64,000 nucleotides of DNA, taken from assembly GCA_051313645.2 (NCBI GenBank), contig JBNRSN020000089.1:2790001-2854000 (forward strand). The letters run 5' to 3'. A model generated the notes under the pieces. It saw only the letters and a list, made by a program, of their open reading frames with translations, made no database searches and was not told the origin of the DNA. Numbering within the stretch: position 1 is the stretch's first letter; each line of letters opens with the position of its first letter. Made by a program: the position numbers and the translations under genes. Source of the stretch: Centroscyllium fabricii. Its lineage: Eukaryota. Shown piece after piece: positions 33,701-46,263 of this stretch.

Positions 33701-36570
33701 TACAATACATCAGACAATGTCCATCTGTGAACAATATATCAAACAATGTCCATCTGTGGACAATACATCAGACAATGTCGATCTGTGTACAATACATCAG
33801 ACAATATGCATCTGTGTACAATATATCAGACAATGTCCATCTGTGTACAATACATCAGACAATGTCCATCTGTGAACAAGACATCAGACAATATCCATCT
33901 GTGTACAATACATCAGACAAATTCCATCAGTGTACAATACATCAGACTATGTCCATCTCTGAACAGTATATCCGACATTGTCCATCTGTGTACAACACAT
34001 CAGACATTATCCATCTGTGTTCAATACATCAGAAAATGTCCATCTGTGTACAATGCATCAGACAATGTCCATCTGTGAACAATACATCAGACAATATCCA
34101 TCTGTGTACAAAACATCAGACATTGTCCATCTGTGAACAATACATCAGACAATATCCATCTGTGTACAATACATCAGACATTGTCCGTCTGTGGACAATA
34201 CATCAGACATTATCCCTCTGTGTACAATATATCAGAAAATGTCCATCTGTGTACAATGCATCAGACAATGTCCATCTGTGAACAATACATCAGACAATAT
34301 CCATCTGTGTACAAAACATCAGACATTGTCCAACTGTGAACAATACTTCAGTCAATATCCATCTGTGTACAGTACATCAGACAATGTCCATTTGTGTACA
34401 ATAGATCAGAAAATGTCCATCTGTGAACAATACATAAGACATTATCCATCTGTGTACAATACATCAGACATTATCCATCTGTGTACAATACATCAGACAA
34501 TGTCCATCTGTGAACAAAACATCAGACAATGTCCATCTCTGGACAATACATCAGACAATGTCGATCTGTGTACAATACATCAGACAATATGAATCTGTGT
34601 ACAATACATCAGACAATGTCCATCTGTGTACAATACATCAGACAATGTCCATCTGTGAACAATACATCAGACAATATCCATCGGTGTACAATGCATCAGA
34701 CAAATTCCATCAGTGTACAATACATCAGACTATGTCCATCTCTGAACAGTATATCCGACAATGTCAATCTGTGTACAATACATCAGACATTGTCCATCTG
34801 TATACAATACATCAGACATTATCCATCTGTGTTCAACACATCAGAAAATGTCCATCTGTGTACAATGCATCAGACAATGTCCATCTGTGAACAATACATC
34901 AGGCAATATCCATCTATGTAGAAAATATCAGATATTGTCCATCTGGGAACAATTCATCAGACAATATCCATCTGTGTACAATACATCAGACATTGTCCGT
35001 CTGTGGACAATACATCAGAGAATGTCCAGCTGTGTACAATACATGAGACAATATCCATCTGTGTACAATACTTCAGACAATATCCATCTGTTTACAGTAC
35101 ATCAGACAATGTCCATCTGTGTACAATACATCAGACAATATCCATCTGTGTACAATACATCAGACATTATCCATCTGTGAACAATACATCAGACATTATT
35201 CATCTGTGTAAAGTACATCAGACAATGTCCATCTGTGTACAATACATCAGAAAATGTCCATCTGTGCAAAATACATAAGATATTATACAACTGTTTACAA
35301 TACATCAGACATTATCTATCTGTGTACAATACATCAGAAAATGTCCATCTGTGAACAATACAAAAGACATTATCCATCTGTGCACAATCCATCAGACATT
35401 ATCCATCTGTATACAATAGATAAGACAAATGTCCATCTGTGTACAATACATCAGACAATATCCATCAGTGTACAATACATGAGACAATTTCCATCTGTGT
35501 ACAATACATCAGACAATATCCATCTGTGAGCAATATATCAGAAAATGTCAATCTGTGCACAATACATAAGACATTATCTATCAGTGTACTATACATCCTA
35601 TATTATCCATCTGTGTAGAATACATCAGACAATATCCATCTGTGAATAGTACAACAGAAAATGTCCATCTGTGTACAATACATCAGACATTATCCATCTG
35701 TGAACATTACATCAGAAAATATCCATCTGTGTACAATACATCAGGCATTATCCATCTGTATACAATAGATAAGACAAATGTCCATCTGTGTACAATACAT
35801 CAGACAATATCCATCAGTGTACAATACATGAGACAATTTCCATCTGTGTACAATACATCAGACAATATCCATCTGTGAGCAATATATCAGAAAATGTCAA
35901 TCTGTGCACAATATATAAGACATTATCAATCAGTGTACTATACATCAGACATTATCCATCTGTGTACCATACATCAGACATTGTCCATCTGTGAACAATA
36001 CATCAGACATTATCCGTCTGTGTACAGTACATCAGACAATATCCATTTGTGTACAATACATGAGAAAAATGTCCATCTGTGTGCAATCCATCAGACAATA
36101 TCCATCTGTTTACATTACATCAGAGTATGTCCATCTGTGTATAGTACATCAGACAATGTCCATCTGTGAACAATACATCAGACAATATCCATCTGTGTAC
36201 CATACATCAGACACTGTCCATCTGTGAACATTACATCAGACAATGTCCATCTGTGAACAATACATCAGACATTGTCCATCTGTGTACAATACAGCAGAGA
36301 TTGTCCATCTGTGTAGAATACATCAGACATTGTCCATCTGTGTACAATACATTAGACAATATCCATTTGTTTACAATACATTAGACAATGTCCATCTGTG
36401 AACAATACATCAGACAATGTTCATTTGTGATCAATACATCAGACAATGTCCATCTGTGTACAATATATCAGACAATGTCCATCCGTGTACAATACATTAG
36501 ACAATATCCATCTGTGAACAATACATCAGACATTGTCCATCTGTGTACAATATATCAGTAAATGTCCATC
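24766..36570. repeat. Higher-order duplication zone C (offsets 2001, 3453 and 3831 bp); boundaries approximate
   Basis: 24848/28301 (+3453), 27537/29538 and 28301/30302 (+2001 = 69x29), 30302/34133 and 31423/35254 (+3831); shared variants CTATGTAGAAAATATC, CTGGGAACAATTC and ACAATAGATAAG. Confidence 0.8.
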
Positions 36571-39500
36571 TGTGAACAATCCATAAGACAATATACATCT
36601 GTGTACAGTACATCAGACAATGTCCATCTGTGTACAATAGATCAGAAAATGTCTATCTGTGAACAATACATAAGACATTATCCATCTGTGTACAATACAT
36701 CAGACATTATCCATCTGTGTACAATACATCAGACAATGTCCATCTGTGAACAATACATCAGACAATGTCCATCTGTGGACAATACATCAGACAATGTCGA
36801 TCTGTGTACAATACATCAGACAATATGCATCTGTGTACAATACATCAAACAATGTCCATCTGTGAGCAATACATCAGACAATATCCATCTGTGTACAATA
36901 TATCAGAAAAATCCCTCTGTGTACAGTACATCAGACTATGTCCATCTGTGAACAGTACATCAGACTATTTCCATCTGTGTACAATACATCAGACATTGTC
37001 CATCAGTGAACAATACATCAGACATTATCCATCTGTGTTCAAATCATCAGAAAATGTCCACCTGTGTACAATTTATCAGACAATGTCCATCTGTGAACAA
37101 TACATCAGACAATATCCATCTGTGTACAAAACATCAGACATTGTCCATCTGTGAACAATACATCAGACAATATCCATCTGTGTACAATACATCAGACATT
37201 GTCCGTCTGTGTACAATACATCAGACAATGTCCAGCTGTGTACAATACATCAGACAATATCCATCTGTGTACAATATATCAGACAATATCCATCTGTTTA
37301 CAGTACATCAGACAATGTCCATCTGTGTACAATACATCAGACAATATCCATCTGTGTACAATATATCAGACAATTCCCATCTGTGAACAAGACATCAGAC
37401 AATTTCCATCTCTGTACAATACTTCAGACAATGTCCGTCTGTGTACAATACATCAGACAACGTACATCTGTGTACAATATATCAGAAAATGTTCATCTGT
37501 GTACAATACATCAGGCAATATCCATCTGTGTGCAATACATCAGACATTATCAATCTGTGAACAATACATCAGACATTATCCATCTGTATACAATTCATCA
37601 GACATTGTCCATCTGTGAACAATACATAAGAAAATATCCATCTGTGTAATGTACATCAGACAATGTCCAACTGTGTACAATACATCAGAAAATGTCCATC
37701 TGTGAAAAATACATAAGATATTATACATCTGTGTACAATACATCAGACATTATCCATCTGTGTACAATACGTCAGAAAATGTCCATCTGTGAACACTACA
37801 TAAGACATTTTCCATCTGTGTACAATACATCAGACAATATCCATCTGTATACAATACATCAGACAAATATCCATATGTGTACAATACATCAGACATTATC
37901 CATCATTGTACAATATATCAGACAATTTCCATCTGTGTACAATACATCAGACAATATCCATCTGTGAACAATATATCAGAAAATGTCCATCTGTGCACAA
38001 TACATAAGACATTATTAATCTGTGTACAATATATTAGACATTATCCATCTGTGTAGAATACATCAGGCAATATCCATCTGTGAATAATACATCAGAAAAT
38101 GTCCATCAGTGTACAATAAATCAGACATTATCCATCTGTGAACAATACATCAGAAAATATCCATCTGTGTACAATATATCAGCCAATATCCATCTGTGTA
38201 CAATACATCAGAAAATGTCCATCTGTGTACAATACATCAGACAATATCCATCTGTGTACAATACATCAGACATTATCCATATGCGAACAATAAATCAGAC
38301 ATTATCCATCTGTGTACAATACATCAGACATTGTCCATCTGTGAACAATTCATCAGACATTATCCATCTGTGTACAATACATCAGACAATATCCATTTGT
38401 GTACAATACATGTGAAAATGTCCATGTGTGTGCAATCCATCAGACAATATCCATCTGTTAACAATATATCAGAGTATGTCCATCTGTGTACATTACATCA
38501 GACATTATCCATCTGTGAACAATACTTCAGACAATGTCCTTCTGTGTACAATACATCAGACAATATCCATCTGCGTACAATACATCAGACAATGTCCAAC
38601 TGTGAACAATACAGCAGACAATGTCCATCTGTGGACAATACATCAGACAATGTCGATCTGTGTACAATACATCAGACAATATGCATCTGTGTACAATACA
38701 TCAGACAATGTCCATCTGTGTACAATACATCAGACGTTGTCCATCTGTGTACAATACATCAGACATTATCCCATTGTGTACAATATATCAGAAAATGTCC
38801 AGCTGTGTACAATGCATCAGACATTGTCCATCTGTGAACAATAAATCAGACAATATCCATCTGTGTACAAAACATTAGACATTGTCCATCTATGAACAAT
38901 ACATCAGACAATATCCATCTGTGTACAATACATCAGACAATGTCCATCTGTGAACAATACATCAGAAAATGTCCATCTGTGAACAATACATCAGACATTG
39001 TCCATCTGTGTACAATACATTAGACAATGTCCATCTGTGAATAATACATCAGACAATGTCCATCTGTGAACAATACATCAGACAATGTCCATCTGTGTAC
39101 AATATATCAGACAATGTCCATCTGTGTACAATACATCAGACAATATCCATCTGTGAACAATACATCAGACAATGTCCATCTGTGTACAATATATCAGAAA
39201 ATGTCCATCTGTGAACAATCCATAAGACAATATCCATCTGTGTACAGTACATCAGACAATGTCCATCTGTGTACAATAGATCAGTAAATGTCCATTTGTG
39301 AACAATACATAAGATATTATCCATCTGTGTACAATACATTAGATATTATCCATCTGTGTACAATACATCAGACAATATCCACCTGTGAACAATACATCAG
39401 ACAATGTCCATCTGTGGACAATACATCAGACAATGTCGATCTGTGTACAATATATCAGACAATATGCATCTGTGTACAATACATCAGACAATTTCCATCT

Positions 39501-42500
39501 GTGTACAATACATCAGACAATGTCCATCTGTGAACATTACATCAGACAATATCCATCTGTGTACAATACATCAGACAAATTCCATCAGTGTACATTACAT
39601 CAGACTATGTCCATCTCTGAACAATATATCCGACAATGTCCATCTGTGTACAATACATCAGATATTGTCCATCATTGTACAATACATCAGACATTATCCA
39701 TCTGTGTTCAATACATCAGAAAATGTCCATCTGCGTACAATGCATCAGAAAATGTCCATCTGTGAACAATACATCAGACAATATCTATCTGTGTACAAAT
39801 CGTCAGACATTGTCCATCTGTGAACAATACATCAGACAATATCCATCTGTGTACAATACATCAGACATTGTCCGTCTGTTGACAATACATCAGACAATGT
39901 CCAGCTGTGTACAATACATCAGACAATATCCATCTGTGTACAATACATCAGATCTTGTCCATCTGTGAACAATACATCAGACAATATCCATTTGTTTACA
40001 GTACATCAGACAATGTCCATCTGTGTACAATACATCAGACAATATCCATCTGTGAACAATACATCAGACATTATCCATCTGTGAACAATACATCAGACAT
40101 TATCCTTCTGTGTACAATACATCAGATCTTGTCCATCTCTGAACAATACATAAGACAATATCCCTCTGTGTAAAGTGCATCAGACAATGTCCATCTGTGT
40201 ACAATACTTCAGAAAATATCCATCTGTGAAAAATTTATAAGATATTATACATCTGTGTACAATACATCAGACATTATCCATCTGTGTACAATACATCAGA
40301 AAATGCCCATCTGTGAACACTACATAAGACATTATCCATCTGTGTACAATACATCAGACATTATCCATGTGTATACAATACATCAAACAAGTGTCCATCT
40401 GTGAACAATACATCAGACAATATCCATCAGTGTACAATACATCAGACAATTTCCATCTGTGTACAATACATCAGACAATATCCATCTGTGAGCAATATAT
40501 CAGAAAATGTCCATCTGTGCACAATACATAAGACATTATCAATCTGTGTACAATACATCAGACATTATCCATCTGTTTAGAATACATCAGACAATATCCA
40601 TCTGTGAATAATACATCCGAAAATGTCCATCTGTGTACAATACATCAGACATTATCCATCTGTGAACAATACATAACAAAATATCCATCTGTGTACAATA
40701 AATCAGCCAGTATCCATCTATGTACAATACATCAGAAAATGTCCATCTGTTTACAAAACATCAGACAATATCCATCTGTGTACAATATATGAGACATTAT
40801 CGATCTGTGAACAATACATCAGACATTATCCATCTGTGTACAATAGATCAGACATTGTCCATCTGTGAACAGTACATCAGATATTATCCATCTGTGTACA
40901 ATACATCAGACAATTTCCATTTGTGTACAATACATGAGAAAATGTCCATCTGTGTGCAATCCATCAGACATATCCATCTGTTTACAATACATCAGAGTAT
41001 GTCCATCTGTGTACAGTACATAAGACATTATCCATCTGTGAACAATAATTCAGACAATGTCCATCAATGTACAATACATCAGACAATATCCATCTGTGTA
41101 CAAAACATCAGACATTGTCCATCTGTGAACAATACATCAGACAATATCCATCTGTGTACAATACATCAGACATTGTCCGTCTGTGTACCAAACATCAGAC
41201 AATGTCCATCGGTGAACAATACACCAGACAATGTCCATCTGCGTACAATACATCAGACAATGTCCATCTGTGAACAATACATCAGACAATATCCATCTGT
41301 GTACAATACATCAGACAATGTCCATCTGTGAACAATACATCAGACAATGTCCATCTGTGAACAATACATCAGATATTGTCCATCTGTGTACAATACAGCA
41401 GAGATTGTCCATCTGTGTACAACATATCAGACATTGTCCATCAGTGTACAATACATCAGACAATATCCATTTGTGTACAATACATTAGACAATGTCCATC
41501 TGTGAACAATACATCAGACAATGTCCATCTGTGAACAATACATCAGACAATGTCCATCTGTGTACAAAATATCAGACAATGTCCATCTGTGTACAATACA
41601 TCAGACAATATCCATCTGTGAACAATACATCAGACAATGTCCATCTGTGTACAATATATCAGTAAATGTCCATTTTTGAACAATCCATAAGACAATATCC
41701 ATCTGTGTAAAGTACATCAGACAATATCCATCTGTGTACAATAGACAATATACATCTGTGAACAATACATCAGACAATGTCCATCTGTGTACAATAAATC
41801 AGACAATATCCATCTGTGTACAATACATCAGACAATATCCATCTGTGTACAGTACATCAGAGAATGTCCATTTGCGTACAATACATCAGACAATGACCAT
41901 CTGTGAACAATACATCAGACAATGTCCATCTGTGTACAATACATCAGAACATTTCCATCTGTGAACAATTCATAAGACATTATCCATCTGTGTACAATAC
42001 ATCAGACATTATCTATCTGTTTACAATATATCAGAAAATGTCCATCTGTGAACAATACATAAGACATTATCCATCTGTGTACAATACATCAGAAAATGTC
42101 CATCGGTGTACAATACATCAGACATTATACATCTGTGAGCAATACATCAGACAATATCCATCTGTTTACAATACATCAGACAATATCCATCTGTGTACAA
42201 TACATCAGAAAATGTCCATCTGTGTACAATACATCAGACAATGTCCATCTGTGTACAACACATATGACATTATCGTTCTGTGTACAATACATCAGATATT
42301 ATCCATCTGTGAACAATACTTCAGACAATATCCATCTGTATACAATACATCAGACAAATATCCATCTGTGTACAATACATCAGACAATATCTACCTGTGT
42401 ACAATACATCAGACAATGTCCATCTGTGTACAATGCATCAGACAATATTCATCTGTGAACAATACATCAGAAAATGTCCATCTGTGAACAATACATCAGA

Positions 42501-42599
42501 CTTAATCCATCTGTGAGCAATACGTCAGACAATATCCATCTGTGTACAATACATCAGACAATATCCATTTGTGTACAATATATCAGTAAATGTCCATCT

Positions 42600-43660
42600 G
42601 TGTACAATACATCAGACAATATCCATCTGTGTACAATACATCAGCCATTATCCCTCTGTGAACAAAAGAGCAGACATTATCAATCTGTGTACAATACATC
42701 AGACATTGTCCATCTGTGAACAATACATCAGACATTATCCATCTGTGAACAATAGAGAAGTAATTATCCATCTGTGTACAATTAATCAGACAGTGTCCAA
42801 CTGTGAACAATACATCAGACATTATCCATCTGTGTACAATACATCAGACAATATCCATTTGTGTACAATATATCAGACAATGTGCATCTGTGTACAATAC
42901 ATCAGACAATGTCCATCTGTGTACAATACATCAGAAAATATGCACCTGTGTACAATACATCAGACAATGTCCATCTGTGTACAATATTTCAGACAATATC
43001 CATCTGTGAACAATACATCAGACAGTGTCCATCTGTGAACAATATATCAGAAAATATACAGCTTTGTACAATACATCAGACAATGTCCATCTGTGTACAG
43101 TACATCAGACAATATCCATCTGTGAACAATACATCAGACATTATCCATCTGTGAACAATACATCAGACAATATCCATCTGTGTACAATACATCAGCCATT
43201 ATCCCTCTGTGAACAATAGAGCAGACATTATCAATCTGTGTACAATACATCAGACATTGTCCATCTGTGAACAATACATCAGACATTATCCATCTGTGTA
43301 CAATAGAGAAGTAATTATCCATCTGTGTACAATTAATCAGACAGTGTCCAACTGTGAACAATACATCAGACATTATCCATCTGTGTACAATACATCAGAC
43401 AATATCCATTTGTGTACAATATATCAGACAATGTGCATCTGTGTACAATACATCAGACAATGTCCATCTGTGTACAATACATCAGAAAATATGCACCTGT
43501 GTACAATACATCAGACAATGTCCATCTGTGTACAATATTTCAGACAATATCCATCTGTGAACAATACATCAGACAGTGTCCATCTGTGAACAATATATCA
43601 GAAAATATACAGCTTTGTACAATACATCAGACAATGTCCATCTGTGAACAATACATCAGA
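42600..43660. repeat. 551-bp (19-monomer) local tandem duplication, also present at +12854; boundaries approximate
   Basis: ORFs 42803/43354 and 42861/43412 are offset by 551 = 19x29; marker variants AATAGAGAAGTAATT and ATACAGCTTTG each occur twice. Confidence 0.85.
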
Positions 43661-45928
43661 CAATATCCATCTGTGTACAATACTTAAGACAAATGTCCAT
43701 CTTAGTACAATAAATCAGACAATATCCACCAGTGTACAATACATCAGACAATTTCCATCTGAGTACAATACATCAGACAATATACATCTGTGAACAATAT
43801 ATCAGAAAATGTCCATCTGTGCACAATACATAAGACATTATCAATCTGTATACAATACATCAGACATTATCCATCAGTGTAGAATACATCCGACAATATC
43901 CATATGTGTACAATACATCAGAAAATGTCCATCTGTGTACAATACATCAGACAATTTCCATCTGTGTACAATACATCAGACATTATCCATCTGTGAACAA
44001 TACATCAGACATTACCCATCTGTGTACAATACATCAGACAGTCCATCTGTGAACAATACATCAGACATTATCCATCTGTGTACAATATATCGGACAATAT
44101 CCATATGTGTACAATACATGAGAAAATTTCCATCTGTGTGCAATCCATCAGAAAATGTCCATCTGCTTACAATACATCAGAGAATGTCCATCTGTGTAAA
44201 GTACATCAGACATTATCCATCTGAGAACAATACTTCAGGCAATGTCCATCTGTGTACAATACATCAGATAATATCCATATATGTGCAATACATCAGACAA
44301 TGTCCATCTGTGAACAATACATCAGACAATGTCCATCTGTGGCCAATACATCAGACAATGTCGTTCTTTGTACAATATATCAGACAATATGCATCTGTGT
44401 ACAATACATCAGACAATGTCCATCTGTGTACAATACATCAGACAATGTCCATCTGTGAAAAATACATCAGACAATATCCATCTTTTTACAATACATCAGA
44501 CAATGTCCATCTGTGTACAATACATCAGACAATGTCCATCTGTGAACAATACTTCAGACAATGTCCATCTGTGTACAATACATCAGACATTGTCCATCTG
44601 TGTACAATACATCAGAGATTATCCATCTGTGCACAATACATCAGAAAATGTCCATCGGCGTACAATTCATCAGACAATATCCATCTGTGTACAATACATC
44701 AGACAATGCCCATCTGTGAACAATACATCAGACAATGTCCATCTGTGTACATTACATCAGAAAATTTCCATCTGTGAACAATACATAAGACATTATCCAT
44801 CTGTGTACAATACATAAAAAATGTCCATCTGTGTACAATACATCAGACATTATCCATCTGTGAGCAATACATCAGACAATATCCTTCTGTGTACAGTACA
44901 TCAGACAATATCCATCTGCGTACAATACATCAGAAAATGTCCATATGTGTATAATACATCAGACAATGTCCACCTGTGTACAATACATCAGACAATATCC
45001 ATCTGTGTACAATACATAAGACATTATCGTTCTGTGTACATTACATCAGACATTATCCATCTGTGAACAATACATCAGACAATATCCATCTGTGTACAAT
45101 ACATCAGACAAATGTCCATCTGTGTACAATACATCAGACAATATCCACCTGTGTACAATACATCAGACAATGTCCATCTGTGTACAATACATCAGACAAT
45201 ATCCATCTGTGAAAAATACATCAGAAAATGTCCATCTGTGTACAATACATCAGACATTATCCATCTGTGAGCAATACATCAGACAATATCCATCTGTGTA
45301 CAATATATCAGACAATATCCATCTGTGTACAATACATCAGTAAATGTCCATCTGTGTACAATACATCAGACAATATCCATCTGTGTACAATACATCAGCC
45401 ATTATCCATCTCTGAACAATAGAGCAGACATTATCAATCTGTGTGCAATACAACAGACATTGTCCATCTGTGAACAATACCTCAGACATTATCCATCTGT
45501 GAACAATAGAGAAGTAATTATCCATCTGTGTACCATTCATCAGACATTGTCCAACTGTGAACAATACATCAGACATTATCCATCTGTGTACAATACATCA
45601 GACAATATCCATTTGTGTGCAATATAACAGTAAATGTGCATCTATGTACAATACATCAGACAATGTCCATCTGTGAACAATACATCAGACAATATGCACC
45701 TGTGTACAATACATCAGAAAATTTCCATCTGTGTAAAATACATCAGTCAATGTCCACCTGTGTACAATACATCAGACAATATCCATCTGTGTACAATACA
45801 TAAGACATTATCATTCTGTGTACAATACATCAGACATTATCCATCTGTGAACAATACATCAGAAAATATCCATCTGTGTACAATACATCAGACAAATGTC
45901 CATCTGTGTACAATACATCAGACAATAT

Positions 45929-46173
45929 TGTAGCGGCACACCCGCTGGGATTACGAATCCGCCAACGGGGCTCCGCGGAGCGCAGCTCGCTCAACCACGT
46001 GATGCGGTTGCATCACCACGTCGGTGGACGTGATGACGTCACCAACGGCGGGACAGTTTAAATATGTTGATACCTCGTGGTTCTGCCTCTTCCATATTTT
46101 GAATTCCTAGAGTAAAGTTGTGTTTTCCTTTAGCTCTGTCTCTGTGCATTCTTTAAGTACTCGCAGCTCCACA
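45929..46173 (+). repeat. 5' LTR of copy 1
   Basis: TGTAGCGGCACACC...GCAGCTCCACA, repeated at 50129-50373 with 4 visible differences (46012, 46062, 46096, 46097). Confidence 0.97.
46034..46116 (+). promoter_or_regulatory. Putative LTR promoter and 3'-processing signals
   Basis: CRE/ATF palindrome TGACGTCA (46034-46041), TATA-like TTTAAATA (46057-46064), poly(A)-signal variant AGTAAA (46111-46116) followed by a GT/T-rich tract. The order fits U3-R-U5. Motif-based only. Confidence 0.5.
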
Positions 46174-46174
46174 G

Positions 46175-46187
46175 TGGTGACCCCGAC
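46175..46187 (+). other. Primer binding site complementary to the tRNA-Trp 3' end
   Basis: TGGTGACCCCGAC begins 1 nt after the LTR end and equals the first 13 nt of the known tRNA-Trp PBS TGGTGACCCCGACGTGAT (as used by avian sarcoma/leukosis viruses). Confidence 0.9.
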
Positions 46188-46263
46188 AACTGGAACGACT
46201 TCCAGTCCAGTGAAGAAAAGCTGCTGCAGTATTTGAGGATCACAGCCGAGGACTTTAAAAAAT

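Larger units (their letters stand above)
1..45928. repeat. 29-bp satellite DNA array, head-to-tail, continuing beyond the left window edge
   Basis: Uninterrupted tandem copies of CCATCTGTG(T/A)ACAATACATCAGA(C/A)A(A/T)T(G/A)T in one orientation; roughly 1,580 monomers by length/29; occasional 27- and 30-bp monomers. Confidence 0.99.

Noticed and set aside
1-45928. Hundreds of Cys/His/Ile/Gln-rich ORFs resembling repeat or zinc-finger proteins
   Set aside because: The period is 29 nt, not a multiple of 3; the same peptide appears in all three frames; stops and frameshifting indels are frequent; variation shows no codon-position pattern.
1-45928. CRISPR array (29-bp partly palindromic repeat near a reverse transcriptase and integrase)
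   Set aside because: Monomers abut directly with no unique spacers, there are no cas genes, and the RT/IN belong to an ordinary LTR retrotransposon.
45924-45928. 5-bp TSD AATAT
   Set aside because: It would use the final A of the LTR's terminal CA; the 5' LTR end (CCACA then GTGG) and the empty paralogous site at 45141-45144 support the 4-bp ATAT.
45876-46061. Satellite-LTR fusion ORF of 61 aa
   Set aside because: Chance read-through across the insertion junction from a GTG start in the satellite.
46072-46080. ACCTCGTGG in the LTR resembles the 5' end of tRNA-Trp
   Set aside because: Only 9 nt, same sense rather than complementary, and no cloverleaf around it; consistent with chance.
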